Source of the DNA: Candidatus Pelagibacter ubique HTCC1062
GTDB taxonomy: Bacteria; Pseudomonadota; Alphaproteobacteria; Pelagibacterales; Pelagibacteraceae
Reading direction: 5' to 3'
DNA length: 32,000 nucleotides
Assembly (NCBI RefSeq): GCF_000012345.1
Contig: NC_007205.1
Coordinates: forward strand, 30,001-62,000
The notes under the pieces were generated by a model. It was not told the DNA's origin, did no database searches, and saw nothing but the letters and a program-made list of their open reading frames with translations. Position numbers and translations under genes: made by a program. Shown in pieces: positions 9,448-20,300 of the stretch (positions are counted from its first letter, which is position 1; each line of letters starts with the position of its first letter).

Positions 9448-10191
9448 TTAATTGTATGCTTTGATGAGGCTTTTATTGATTAATAAGGACTCTTGATCAA
9501 TTTTTCCATCAACCAACTCTTGTCTAAATCTTCTTTGAAAAGATTTTATTAATTCTATTAAATATTTATTCCTACCAATATTTTTTGGAAATGTTTTTGA
9601 ATATCCAATCTTAAACAGGTTTCTAAAAAAAATATTCTCTTCTACCTTGCTTATTTTTAGCTTTCTATTCTTTAGTAAATCTTGCTTATTTAATGTGTGC
9701 CATATCCCTATTTTATTTTTAGCCAAATATTCCCATGGGAACTTTTCACCTGGATCTTTTTTTCTAAGTACTGCTATGTCTGAGTGTCCCAAAATATTCT
9801 TAGGATTAATTTTATATTTTTTTATTAAAAACTTACTTAACTTTACAAGAGTAGTAATTTGTTTTTGTGTAAAATTTTTATAACCGTACTCATGTCCTGG
9901 GTTTGTAATTTCAATACCAATAGAATTTTGATTTAAAGACTTATAATTTTTCCAAGAAGATTTTCCTGCATGCCATGCAATATATAAATCAGGTACTATT
10001 TTTACAATTTCTCCATTATTTTTGATTAAATAATGACAGCTAACCTCAGATTGTATTTCTGTTAATCTTTTCAAAGCATCAGATTCGCTTTTCATACCCG
10101 TATAATGAAAGATAATAAATTTGATTTGCTTAGAGGTTCTTTTTTTAGGATTAAAATTTGGGGAATAGTTTAATATTGTTTTTAAAGCCAT
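9448..10191 (-). CDS. ampD: N-acetylmuramoyl-L-alanine amidase, AmpD-like (Amidase_2 fold) with a C-terminal extension
   Basis: 247 aa with no signal peptide. It shows FIIFHYTG, HYLI..NGEI, AWHAGKSSW, SIGIEI, ILGHSDIA and KKDPGEKFPW, the zinc amidase_2/AmpD pattern. The C-terminal 70 aa or so (QRRFRQELVDGKIDQESL) loosely resemble a peptidoglycan-binding repeat. Confidence 0.8.
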   Translation of the reverse strand: MALKTILNYSPNFNPKKRTSKQIKFIIFHYTGMKSESDALKRLTEIQSEVSCHYLIKNNGEIVKIVPDLYIAWHAGKSSWKNYKSLNQNSIGIEITNPGHEYGYKNFTQKQITTLVKLSKFLIKKYKINPKNILGHSDIAVLRKKDPGEKFPWEYLAKNKIGIWHTLNKQDLLKNRKLKISKVEENIFFRNLFKIGYSKTFPKNIGRNKYLIELIKSFQRRFRQELVDGKIDQESLLINKSLIKAYN

Positions 10192-10260
10192 TTTTGCGTC
10201 ATATTTAGAGCTAAATCTAGATTTACATTGATATTATATACATTATATAATCATAGGATA

Positions 10261-11046
10261 ATGAAAAAAATTTTAATAACTTCACTAATAAGTTTAATGT
10301 TAGCAACAAATGTGAGTGCTGATACAGACGGTGAAAACAACTTATCTAAAAAAAATTCTGGTGAAGTTAAAGACTGTTTTGAAAATGTAAATAGAGCAAC
10401 ATTTAAATTTAACCAAGTGTTAGATGGTGTTATTTTTGAACCTGTTGCAAAAGCTTATAGAATTTTACCCTCTCCAGTTAGAGCTGGGACAGGTAATGCT
10501 TTAGACAATCTCTCTACACTTGTAACAATACCTAATAATATTCTCCAAGGAGAATTTAAAAAAGCTGGAGTTAACACAGGTAGATTTATTGTTAATACAA
10601 CAGTTGGAGTTGTTGGAATATTTGATGTGGCTGAAAAAATTGGTTTTCCAGAGTATGAAAAAGAAGATTATGGCCAAACACTTGGTGTAATGGGTGTTGG
10701 TCCAGGATGTTATCTTGTTCTACCTGTTTTAGGACCATCCACTGTTAGAGACACAGCTGGATCATTTGCAAATATATTAGGCGGAGATGCTTGGTATAAC
10801 GTTACTGTAGCTAATGATACTCAGCATTTTTCTGACTTTGATTATTATGCATCAAGAGCAAGTTCTGGGATAGATTTTAGAGCAAAAAATATAGACTCGT
10901 TTGAAAACTTGGAAAAAAATTCAATAGATTTTTATGCTTCAGTTAGAAGTTTATATTTGCAAGATAGACAACAAAAAATAGCTAACTCTAATGCAATAAC
11001 TGAAACCCAAAACGATAGTGATTGGGAAGAAATAGAAGCTCAATAA
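10261..11046 (+). CDS. mlaA: Outer-membrane lipoprotein MlaA/VacJ (phospholipid asymmetry maintenance)
   Basis: The ORF is open from 10228, but the ATG at 10261 gives a clean signal peptide, MKKILITSLISLMLATNVSA. VacJ-family motifs are present: NRATFKFNQVLD, NNILQGEF, RFIVNTTVGVVGIFDVA, EDYGQTLG, YLVLPVLGPSTVRD. Confidence 0.85.
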   Translation: MKKILITSLISLMLATNVSADTDGENNLSKKNSGEVKDCFENVNRATFKFNQVLDGVIFEPVAKAYRILPSPVRAGTGNALDNLSTLVTIPNNILQGEFKKAGVNTGRFIVNTTVGVVGIFDVAEKIGFPEYEKEDYGQTLGVMGVGPGCYLVLPVLGPSTVRDTAGSFANILGGDAWYNVTVANDTQHFSDFDYYASRASSGIDFRAKNIDSFENLEKNSIDFYASVRSLYLQDRQQKIANSNAITETQNDSDWEEIEAQ

Positions 11047-11059
11047 ATTATAAAACTTA

Positions 11060-11653
11060 ATGAGATTAAAAAAGTTTTTAATATTTACCTTCGTCATAAT
11101 TAACTTTGTTGGTATTAATCAATCATATTCAATTGAACCAGATGTATTTGTTCAATCAACTGTGAATAGAGCCTCTGAGGCCTTAAATAACAAATATTCA
11201 AAAGAAGAAAAAATAGAAAAGCTAAAACAAATTGCAAGTGAAACAGTTGATATCAATGGTATTGGTTATTACACTTTAGGAGCTTATAGAAAAAATATAA
11301 GTGACAATGAAATAAATCAATATGAGATGCTTTTTGAACAATATTTTCTAAAAAGTTTTTCTAGTCGACTGGCTGAATACTCAAATCCAGAGATTGAAGT
11401 TGTATCTAAAGAGAAATTAAATGAAAATTATACAATGGTATCTAGTATTTTAGTTGGAACAGAACAAAGGCCTGAGGTTAAAATTGATTGGAGAATTTAT
11501 ACAAAAAATCCAGAAAATCCTTTAATCAGAGATTTAATTATTGAGGGCTTAAGTCTAGCAAGAACTCAAAAGGAAGAATTTTCTTCTATCATTCAAAGTA
11601 AGGATGGGGATATCAACGCTCTTTTTTCTATTTTAAAAGAGTTTATTAAATAA
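11060..11653 (+). CDS. mlaC: Periplasmic phospholipid-binding protein MlaC (Ttg2D/toluene-tolerance family)
   Basis: 197 aa with a signal peptide. It has the family-typical pattern: VD..GIGYYTLGAYRK, FEQYFLKSFSSRL..Y, and W.IY...........RDLIIEGLSLARTQKEEF. It lies immediately downstream of mlaA. Confidence 0.78.
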   Translation: MRLKKFLIFTFVIINFVGINQSYSIEPDVFVQSTVNRASEALNNKYSKEEKIEKLKQIASETVDINGIGYYTLGAYRKNISDNEINQYEMLFEQYFLKSFSSRLAEYSNPEIEVVSKEKLNENYTMVSSILVGTEQRPEVKIDWRIYTKNPENPLIRDLIIEGLSLARTQKEEFSSIIQSKDGDINALFSILKEFIK

Positions 11654-11673
11654 TCATCTATAAAAATAATTTT

Positions 11674-11750
11674 TGGTGGGCCCGCCAGGACTCGAACCTG
11701 GGACCAATACATTATGAGTGTACTGCTCTAACCAACTGAGCTACAGGCCC
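11674..11750 (-). tRNA. tRNA with CAT anticodon (elongator Met, or Ile2 read via lysidine)
   Basis: The reverse complement is GGGCCTG TA GCTC AGTTGGTTA GAGC A GTACA CTCATAA TGTAT TGGTC CCAGG TTCGAGT CCTGG CGGGCCC A CCA. This is a perfect 77-nt cloverleaf with canonical GG in the D loop, TTCGA in the T loop and an encoded CCA. The acceptor pairs C4:G69 and C5:G68 resemble Ile2 rather than Met. Confidence 0.9.
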
Positions 11751-11816
11751 TAAAAATTAAGCTTTAATTATATTATAATGTAACCGATGTCTAGCATAGG
11801 TAAAAGATAATGAAAA

Positions 11817-11891
11817 TGGTGGGACTGGTTGGTTACGCTCCAACTACCCCTGCAATGTCAATGCAGTACTCTACTATTGAGCTACAGTCCC
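11817..11891 (-). tRNA. tRNA-Val (anticodon GAC) with non-canonical D and T loops
   Basis: The reverse complement is GGGACTG TA GCTC AATAGTA GAGT A CTGCA TTGACAT TGCAG GGGTA GTTGG AGCGTAA CCAAC CAGTCCC A CCA. It is 75 nt with 7/4/5/5-bp stems, all paired (one G:U), and an encoded CCA. The D loop lacks the GG dinucleotide, and the T loop is AGCGTAA instead of TTCRANN. It lies 8 nt downstream of the rpoD stop. Confidence 0.7.
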
Positions 11892-11899
11892 TTTGAATT

Positions 11900-13723
11900 T
11901 TAACTTTCTAAAAAGCTTTTTAACTGTTTGGATCTGCTTGGGTGTTTTAATTTTCTTAAAGCTTTAGCTTCTATCTGTCTAATACGCTCTCTTGTTACAG
12001 AAAACTGAAGACCCACTTCTTCAAGAGTATGGTCTGTATTCATTCCAACACCAAATCTCATTCTAAGAACTCTTTCTTCTCTTGGTGTTAAAGTTGATAA
12101 AATTTTAGTCGTAGCTTCACTTAGATTAGATTTAATAGCTTGTTCTAAAGGTGCTAATGCTTTTGTATCTTCAATAAAATCACCTAAACTACTATCCTCT
12201 TCATCTCCAACTGGTTTTTCAAGAGATACTGGTTCTTTTGATATTTTTAAAACTTTTCTAACTTTATCTAAAGGCATTCTTAATTTTTGTGCTAGTTCTT
12301 CAGGCGTAGCCTCTCTACCAAACTCACTTAAAATTAATCTTTGGGTTCTTACAATTTTATTTATAGTTTCAATCATATGAACTGGAATTCTAATCGTTCG
12401 AGCTTGGTCAGCAATAGATCTAGTGATTGCTTGTCTAATCCACCAAGTGGCATATGTTGAAAATTTATAGCCCCTTCTGTATTCAAATTTATCTACAGCT
12501 TTCATAAGACCGATATTTCCTTCTTGAATAAGATCTAGAAACTGAAGTCCTCTATTTGTATATTTTTTTGCAATTGAAATTACCAATCTTAAGTTTGCTT
12601 CAACCATTTCTTTTTTTGCAATTCTAGATTCTTTTTCACCTTTTTGAACTCTGCTAACTATTTTTTTATAATCAGTTACTGAAATTCCAAGTTTATGACT
12701 AATCTCAATTAATCTCTCTCTTATGTTTTTAAATTCATCTTTATTTTTTGAAAAAAACTGTTTCCACATGGGGTTAGTATCCAAGAACTTTTTAAGATTT
12801 GGATTAATTTCATTGCCAATATAAAACTTAATGAATTCATTTCTTGGAATTTTTTGATCCATTGCTAGTCTCAGAAGATTTCCTTCTAGTGAAACAATTT
12901 TTTTATTTTCCACATAGTGTTTTTGAACCAATTCCTCTAATACAGAGGGTGACAATTGTAATGATTTAATATTTTCTAAAATATCACTTACAATTTTATC
13001 ATGTCCTTTTTCTTTAGCAGCAGAGAAACTTACTGCATTTAAAATACAATCAAGTTTTTCTTTTTGATACTTGATTAATTTTGCATATTCTTTTGTTAAA
13101 GTATTAACAGTTTTTAAAACTTTTGGTTTGATTTCAGTTTCCATTGCTGCAAGCGTTGGATTAAACTCATCATCGTCTCCATTATTCTCTTCATTTTTAT
13201 CAGTTTCCCCAGAATTTCTTTGTTTAGCACTTGGCCCTGTATTTTCATCTTCCATGTAGTTAGTATCAATATCAATAATTTCTCTAACTAATATTTCATC
13301 ACTTTGAAGTTTTTCATCCCATTCTACAAATTGTTGTGCAGTAATTGGGCTTTGTGCTAATGCGATCAGCATTACATCTTTCCCAGCTTCTATTCTTTTT
13401 GCAATTGCAATTTCACCTTCACGAGACAAGAGTTCTACTCCACCCATCTCTCTTAAATACATTCTTATAGGGTCATCACTTTTCTCAATTGTCTTACCTT
13501 CTTCTTTAGATGAATTTTCTTTTTTTCTTAAAACTTTAAAGTCAGATTTTTTTTCAACCAATGCTACACTCTCATCAAGAATGTGCATGAAGGCTTGTTC
13601 TAAATTTTCGTCTGAAAGATTTCTTTTACCTAATGATTTATTTAGCTCATCAAAAGTTATAAATCCTCTATGGGTTCCACGACCCATAAGTCTAGCAAAT
13701 GATTTTGTAATTATTCTTTCCAC
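11900..13723 (-). CDS. rpoD: Primary RNA polymerase sigma factor RpoD (sigma-70)
   Basis: 607 aa. It contains [11 protein letters not shown] (region 1.2) and an acidic non-conserved insert. It also has [51 protein letters not shown] (region 2), and [14 protein letters not shown]...[24 protein letters not shown] (region 4). Confidence 0.97.
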   Translation of the reverse strand: MERIITKSFARLMGRGTHRGFITFDELNKSLGKRNLSDENLEQAFMHILDESVALVEKKSDFKVLRKKENSSKEEGKTIEKSDDPIRMYLREMGGVELLSREGEIAIAKRIEAGKDVMLIALAQSPITAQQFVEWDEKLQSDEILVREIIDIDTNYMEDENTGPSAKQRNSGETDKNEENNGDDDEFNPTLAAMETEIKPKVLKTVNTLTKEYAKLIKYQKEKLDCILNAVSFSAAKEKGHDKIVSDILENIKSLQLSPSVLEELVQKHYVENKKIVSLEGNLLRLAMDQKIPRNEFIKFYIGNEINPNLKKFLDTNPMWKQFFSKNKDEFKNIRERLIEISHKLGISVTDYKKIVSRVQKGEKESRIAKKEMVEANLRLVISIAKKYTNRGLQFLDLIQEGNIGLMKAVDKFEYRRGYKFSTYATWWIRQAITRSIADQARTIRIPVHMIETINKIVRTQRLILSEFGREATPEELAQKLRMPLDKVRKVLKISKEPVSLEKPVGDEEDSSLGDFIEDTKALAPLEQAIKSNLSEATTKILSTLTPREERVLRMRFGVGMNTDHTLEEVGLQFSVTRERIRQIEAKALRKLKHPSRSKQLKSFLES

Positions 13724-13789
13724 AATAGTATATTTGAGAAGACTTATATAAGCCCAATTTGAGAAAAATCCACGTATTTTTTGAAGGAT

Positions 13790-15565
13790 TTAATTGATGT
13801 TTTTTTGTTTTTTTAGCTCTCTTATTTCGTTGAAAGTGCTTTCGCTTAAATCTTTAGAAAACTTCGACTCGAGCTCTTCAATCCTAAACTCTAAATCGTA
13901 GTTTTTGAGGTCTCTAGAAACTTCGTCTAATAATTCAAACATTTTATTCTGATCATTTTGGTGATTATTTAGAATATGTTTTATTGAGGCAAATTTAAAG
14001 ATTTTTTCAGTTAATTGAGGGTCAATTGGAATTTGATCTAAGGTAAGTTTTTCTCCACTCTTTAGTTTAGTTATCAAAGTTTCAAGGATTAATTTATTTT
14101 CTTCACTAAATAGATTTATATTTTCAATCATGTGAATATTTTCTTGAAATAAATCCAAGTTGTTCATTATTAAATAAAGCAATGAAAATTCTTTAAGCTC
14201 AACACCGCTCAATAATTTACTTTCGTTAAAGTGTTTTTGAGTAGACTGTAATGACTTAACTTTTTTAGTATAAAATTGTTTTTTTCCAATATTGCTATGT
14301 GGGGTTAAAGATGAAATTTTCTCCAAGAAAAACTCTAGTACGTATTTTTTTATGAAATCATCTTTAATAGTTGCGGCAATAGTTCTTAATTTTTTTTCAA
14401 AAATAGCCATTGATGAAGGATTGTTATCAGTTTGTTGTTTGTAATGGTTAAATATAAACTGATGAATTGAAATTTTTGCCTGTTTTGTAAAATCAATAAA
14501 ATTCGCTTTACCATTTTTATTTGCATAACTATCAGGGTCTTCTCCATCTGGTAAAAAAAGAAACGAGATTTGTTTTTCTGGTTGTAATTCTTTAATTGAA
14601 TTTTCTGCTGCTCTAAGTGCTGCTTTGTATCCACTTTCATCACCATCAAAACAGATAATGATGTCTTCAAAGAATTGGTTAAGCATTAAAATTTGTCGAT
14701 CCGTTAAAGAAGTTCCAAGATTTGCTACAACATTCTCAATTCCATTTTTACTTAAACCAACCACATCCATATATCCCTCAACTAAATACACATGATCTAT
14801 TTTATTAGATAATCTTCTAGCTAAATCTAAATTATATAAGTTAGAACCCTTTTTAAAAAAAGGTGTTTCAGGAGAATTAATATATTTTGCTGAATAACTA
14901 TTTTCCTGGATGGTTCTTCCTCCTAATCCAATAGGTTGACCTGAAATATTGTTAATTGGAAATATTATTCTATCTCGAAATCTTTCAACGTATGTATTCT
15001 TTTTTTCATCTAAATAAAAAAGACCACTTTCAACTAAAACTTTTTCACTAAATTCATCTTTTAATTTTTCATAAAAATTTGAGTTTCTTTCAACAAAACC
15101 TATTTTAAAATTTTTAACTTCATCTTTACTAAGGTTTCTTTTCTTTAAATATTCTCTTGCAATAGTTAAGCTTTCATTCTTTAAAATTTCATCATGATAA
15201 AATTGAACATATTGATTGTAGATTGAGCAATATTCTTGCCAATTTTTTTCACGCTCTTCATCTTGCTTTGAAAACGTATAAGGTCTCATACCTGCAAGAT
15301 TTGCTAATGATTTTACTGCTTCTCCAAATTTCAAATTTTGAGTTTTCATTACAAAATCAAAAATATTTCCATGTTCCGATGTTGCAAAACAATGATAAAA
15401 TTCCTTCTCATCATTAACTGTAAATGAAGGTGTTTTTTCAGTTTTAAAGGGTGATAAACCTACAAATTCTTTGCCTCTTTTTTTTAGACTGACAGACTTT
15501 GATACAACTGTCGAAACCTTTAAACGAGTTTTAATTTCGTCCAAATACTCTTTTGGGTATTTCAT
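13790..15565 (-). CDS. dnaG: DNA primase DnaG
   Basis: 591 aa. The N-terminal zinc-ribbon region reads GLSPFKTEKTPSFTVNDEKEFYHCFATSEHGNIFDF, with only one Cys visible, so the zinc ligand set looks degenerate. The TOPRIM region has YLVEGYMDV and ICFDGDESG, and the gene sits immediately upstream of rpoD. Confidence 0.95.
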   Translation of the reverse strand: MKYPKEYLDEIKTRLKVSTVVSKSVSLKKRGKEFVGLSPFKTEKTPSFTVNDEKEFYHCFATSEHGNIFDFVMKTQNLKFGEAVKSLANLAGMRPYTFSKQDEEREKNWQEYCSIYNQYVQFYHDEILKNESLTIAREYLKKRNLSKDEVKNFKIGFVERNSNFYEKLKDEFSEKVLVESGLFYLDEKKNTYVERFRDRIIFPINNISGQPIGLGGRTIQENSYSAKYINSPETPFFKKGSNLYNLDLARRLSNKIDHVYLVEGYMDVVGLSKNGIENVVANLGTSLTDRQILMLNQFFEDIIICFDGDESGYKAALRAAENSIKELQPEKQISFLFLPDGEDPDSYANKNGKANFIDFTKQAKISIHQFIFNHYKQQTDNNPSSMAIFEKKLRTIAATIKDDFIKKYVLEFFLEKISSLTPHSNIGKKQFYTKKVKSLQSTQKHFNESKLLSGVELKEFSLLYLIMNNLDLFQENIHMIENINLFSEENKLILETLITKLKSGEKLTLDQIPIDPQLTEKIFKFASIKHILNNHQNDQNKMFELLDEVSRDLKNYDLEFRIEELESKFSKDLSESTFNEIRELKKQKNIN

Positions 15566-16026
15566 TATTTATTTAATAGTTCTTTTAGCAAAGGTCCAGC
15601 TTTAGCAAAATCTAGATTGTCAGGGTATGACTTCTTTAATTCACCCATTACTTTACCCATGTCTTTAATTGATGCAGCACCCAATTTACTTATTGTATCT
15701 ACACATATTTTTCTAGTTTCTTCATCACTTAACTGCTGTGGCAAAAAACTAGATAAAAGATCAAATTCATTTTGCTCAACTTCTAACAAATCCATTCTCT
15801 CATTTTTTTTATAAATCTCTATTGATTCGGTTCTTTGCTTAATCATTTTCTTTAAAAGTTTTTTTATATCATCATCGTCTGTTTCTTTTATGTTGGCTCC
15901 AGATCGATTGACAATATCAAGATCTTTTATTCCAGATAAAATTAACCTGTAGGTTGAGATTTCAACCTTATTTTTTGATTTTAGAGAATTTTTATAGTTA
16001 GTTTCTATTTTTTCTTTCAATGTCAT
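15565..16026 (-). CDS. yqeY: GatB/YqeY-domain protein
   Basis: 153 aa. The N-terminal MTLKEKI...NYKNSLKSKNK......RLILSGIKD and the C-terminal GAASIKDMGKVMGELKKSY....DFAKAGPLLKELL match the YqeY family pattern. Its TAA shares one nucleotide with the dnaG ATG (TAATG). Confidence 0.85.
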   Translation of the reverse strand: MTLKEKIETNYKNSLKSKNKVEISTYRLILSGIKDLDIVNRSGANIKETDDDDIKKLLKKMIKQRTESIEIYKKNERMDLLEVEQNEFDLLSSFLPQQLSDEETRKICVDTISKLGAASIKDMGKVMGELKKSYPDNLDFAKAGPLLKELLNK

Positions 16027-16154
16027 AATATTTTTTAATCTACTGCAAAGTGAAAATTCTTCAAAAGAAAAATTGTTTTTTTATAATTTTATAATACATC
16101 TCTGTTGCGATAATTAGGGTTTTATTGTATTAACCTTTAACTCATGAGTTGTAA

Positions 16155-17351
16155 TTGATCAAAAAAGCAAAAAAGATTAGCTCTAACAAAATCTCACAGA
16201 TTCACACAGGCGTTTTAGTTCTTGAAAATAAAACTATCTTTAAAGGAGTTGGTATTGGCTATCAAGGAACAGCAACAGGTGAGGTATGCTTCAATACTTC
16301 TCTAACTGGTTATCAAGAAATTATTTCAGACCCCTCTTACGCTGGGCAAATTATCAATTTTACCTTCCCTCACGTTGGTAACGTTGGAACTAATAAAGAA
16401 GATTTAGAGTCTGATAAAGTTTGGACCAAAGGTGTAATTTTTAACTCTGAAATAACAAATCCTTCTAACTATAGATCTTTAGCTAATTTAGACCTGTGGT
16501 TAAAAAAAAATAAAATTGTTGGGATCACTGGTTTGGATACAAGAGGCTTGACTAATTATATTAGAGATAAAGGAGCCCCAAAAGGCACTATTTCTTTTTC
16601 TAGTAAAGGAAATTTCAATATTAGTAAATTAGCAAATATCACAACGAAATGGAGTGGATTAAATAATTTAGATTTAGCAGAACAAGTAACTACTAAAAAA
16701 AATTATATTTGGTCAGGTTTTAAAACTTGGAAAAAAGAAACTGGTTATTTAAAAAATAAAAAAAATTCATTACATGTTGTTGCTATTGACTATGGGATAA
16801 AGAAAAATATTCTAAGATATTTCTCAGATCTTAATTGTAAAGTAACAGTGGTTTCGTGCAAAACGAGTGCAAAAGACATACTTAAATTAAAGCCAAATGG
16901 GATCTTTTTATCTAATGGTCCTGGTGACCCTGCAGCAACTGGTAAATATGCAATTGGAATCATTAAAGAATTAGTCAAAAATAATTTACCTATTTTTGGT
17001 ATTTGTCTTGGTCATCAAATTCTAGCTCTAACACTAGGTGCAAAAACTAAAAAAATGAAACTAGGTCATAGAGGCGCTAACCATCCAGTTAAAAATTTAA
17101 TTAAAGACAATGTTGAAATCACTAGTCAAAACCATGGCTTTGAAATTGTAAGAGCATCATTGCCAAAAAATATTGAAGTCACTCACAAATCTTTATTTGA
17201 TAATTGTATTGAAGGAATTAAATTAAAAAATAAACCTGTTTTTTCTGTTCAATATCACCCTGAATCAAATCCAGGACCGCAAGATAGTGTTTACTTATTT
17301 GAAGAATTTATTAACAACATAAAAAAAAATGCCAAAAAGAAAAGATCTTAA
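16155..17351 (+). CDS. carA: Carbamoyl-phosphate synthase small (glutaminase) subunit CarA
   Basis: 398 aa with [34 protein letters not shown]. The class-I amidotransferase triad region has GICLGHQ and QYHPES. The track start is a TTG at 16155, so the exact start is uncertain. Confidence 0.92.
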   Translation: MIKKAKKISSNKISQIHTGVLVLENKTIFKGVGIGYQGTATGEVCFNTSLTGYQEIISDPSYAGQIINFTFPHVGNVGTNKEDLESDKVWTKGVIFNSEITNPSNYRSLANLDLWLKKNKIVGITGLDTRGLTNYIRDKGAPKGTISFSSKGNFNISKLANITTKWSGLNNLDLAEQVTTKKNYIWSGFKTWKKETGYLKNKKNSLHVVAIDYGIKKNILRYFSDLNCKVTVVSCKTSAKDILKLKPNGIFLSNGPGDPAATGKYAIGIIKELVKNNLPIFGICLGHQILALTLGAKTKKMKLGHRGANHPVKNLIKDNVEITSQNHGFEIVRASLPKNIEVTHKSLFDNCIEGIKLKNKPVFSVQYHPESNPGPQDSVYLFEEFINNIKKNAKKKRS

Positions 17352-20300
17352 AACTATATTAGTCGTTGGTGCTGGACCCATTATCATAGGTCAAGCATGT
17401 GAGTTTGACTACTCAGGGACACAAGCCTGTAAAGCCCTTAAAGATGAAGGTTATAAAGTTATTTTAATTAACTCTAACCCAGCAACGATCATGACAGATC
17501 CTGGTGTTGCAGATAAAACTTATATTGAGCCAATAACGTTAGAAGTATTAGAAAAAATTCTAAAAAAAGAAAAACCAGATGCAATTTTACCAACAATGGG
17601 TGGCCAAACTGCTTTGAATTTAGCAATGGAAGCAGAGAAAAAGGGAATTCTTAAAAAATATAAGATTGAGTTAATTGGAGCTAATTCAAAAGCGATCTCA
17701 AACGCAGAGGACAGAAAAAAATTCAGAAAAAACATGTTAGATATTGGTTTGGACTTACCAAAATCTAAAGTGGTATCTCATATTAGAGATGCTGCAAAAG
17801 CTTTAAAACAAATTGGGTTGCCTGCAATCATTAGACCTGCTTTTACTTTGGGTGGTTTGGGTGGAGGAATTGCTAAAACTGAAAAAGAATATCTTAAAAT
17901 AGTTAAAGATGGTTTACACGAATCCCCTGTTAACCAAATTTTAATTGAAGAATGCCTTGAGGGTTGGAAAGAATTTGAAATGGAGGTTGTCAGAGATAAA
18001 AAAGACAACTGTATTATTATTTGTTCTATTGAAAACATCGATCCAATGGGAATTCACACAGGAGATTCAATTACCGTTGCACCCGCTCTAACACTTACGG
18101 ATAAAGAATATCAAGTTATGAGAAATGCCTCAATTGCTTGTCTTAGAAAAATTGGAGTAGAAACAGGTGGATCAAATGTTCAATTTGCAATCAATCCTAA
18201 AGATGGCAGAATGGTTATCATTGAAATGAACCCAAGAGTGTCACGTTCATCTGCCCTTGCATCTAAAGCAACTGGATTTCCAATTGCAAAAGTTGCAGCA
18301 AAACTAGCAGTTGGTTACACCCTTGATGAATTAAAAAATGAAATTACTAAAACAACGCCTGCTTCTTTTGAACCTAGTATTGATTATGTAGTAACTAAAA
18401 TACCAAGATTTACCTTTGAAAAATTCTCTACTTCTGAAGCGGTTCTTGGAACATCCATGAAATCAGTTGGTGAAGCAATGGCAATTGGGAGAAACTTTAA
18501 AGAATCTCTTCAAAAAGCATTGGTTTCTCTTGAAATTGGCTTTTCAGGCTTAGATCGTATTTTTCCATTAAACAAAAAACAAATTGAAAAAGAATTGAAA
18601 AAAAATATTCCAAACAGAATATTATTAGCTGCTGAAGCGTTTAGAAAAAAAATAAATCTTAAAAGAGTTCACCAACTTTGCAAAATAGACCCTTGGTTTT
18701 TACAGCAAATAAAGGAAATTGTTGATGAAGAAAATAATATACAAAAAAAAGGTCTTCCTAAAGACTATAATGAGTTTAACAGAATTAAATCAATAGGTTT
18801 TTCTGATAAAAAATTATCTGAAATCACTAAAATTCCTGAAGACCTTGTTAGAAAAAAAAGAACTGCTTTAAAAGTATTACCCGTTTACAAAAAAGTAGAT
18901 ACCTGTGCTGCTGAATTTAAATCATTCACTCCTTATATGTACTCAACCTACCAGAGAAATTATGCTCTAAACTCAGAATGTGAGGCAGAACCTTCTTCAA
19001 GAAAAAAAATTATAATCTTAGGCGGTGGACCAAACCGTATAGGCCAAGGTATTGAGTTTGATTATTGTTGTTGCCAAGCAAGTTATGCTCTTAAAGATAG
19101 CGGTTTTGAAACCATAATGATTAACTGTAATCCAGAGACGGTTTCAACAGACTACGATACAAGCGATAGACTTTATTTTGAGCCTCTTAAAGAAGAGTAT
19201 GTTTATAATATTATCAAAAAAGAACAGCAAAAAGGAAACCTTGTAGGTATCATTGCTCAGTTCGGTGGGCAAACCCCTATAAGACTTGCAAAGTTTTTAC
19301 ACGATAACAAACTTCCCATTTTAGGGACGCAGTACACCTCAATAGATCTTGCTGAAGATAGAGATAGATTTAGAAAGTTACTTGATAGATTAAAATTAAA
19401 ACAAGCTGAAAGTGGTATTGCTAAAACTTACAAACAAGCCATTCAAATTGCTGAAAAAATTGGACTGCCTTTAATGGTTAGACCTTCTTATGTCTTAGGC
19501 GGAAGAGCAATGGAAATAGTTCATGAGAAAAGCCAATTAAAAAACTTTGTAGAAGAAGCATTTAAAGCTGCAGAAGATAATCCCATATTAATAGATAAAT
19601 TTATTAGTCACGCTATGGAAGTAGATGTTGATGCAATATCTGATGGTAAACAAGTATTTGTTGCAGGTATTATGCAACATATTGAAGAAGCTGGAATTCA
19701 CTCAGGGGATTCTGCTTGTTGTCTGCCTCCTGTATCTATTAAACCTAAACTAATTTCTGAAATAGAAATTCAAACTAAAAAATTAGCCTTAGCTTTAAAT
19801 GTTAAAGGTTTTATGAACATTCAATTTGCCATTAAAAATGATGAAATTTATGTAATCGAAGTAAATCCAAGAGCAAGTAGAACGGTTCCTTTTGTATCAA
19901 AAGCTAAAGGTCTTCCTCTTGCTAAAATTGCATCACGTGTAATGGCTGGTGAAAAACTATCAAAGTTCAATTTAAAAAATAAAAACAAAAACCTATATGC
20001 AGTTAAAGAGGCTGTATTTCCTTTTAATAAATTCCCAAATAGTGATCTATTGTTAGGGCCTGAGATGAAATCAACAGGTGAAGTTATGGGATTTGATAAA
20101 GACTTTGGTATGGCTTACGCAAAAAGCCAAATTGCTGCATCAAACTCATTACCAACAAAAGGTCTAGCATTTATCTCTCTAAAAGATGGTCATAAAGATG
20201 AAGGTGTAGATCTTGCAAAACAATTAATAAAATTAAATTTCACTTTATGCGGCACTGGTGGAACTGCTGAGTACATTCGTAAACATGGAATAAAGTGTAA

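Noticed and set aside
10228-10260. The upstream alternative start for mlaA given by the ORF track (adds MILYTLYNHRI).
   Set aside because: The ATG at 10261 yields a canonical signal peptide (MKKILITSLISLMLATNVSA), and the 11-aa extension would bury it. I therefore annotated the feature from 10261.
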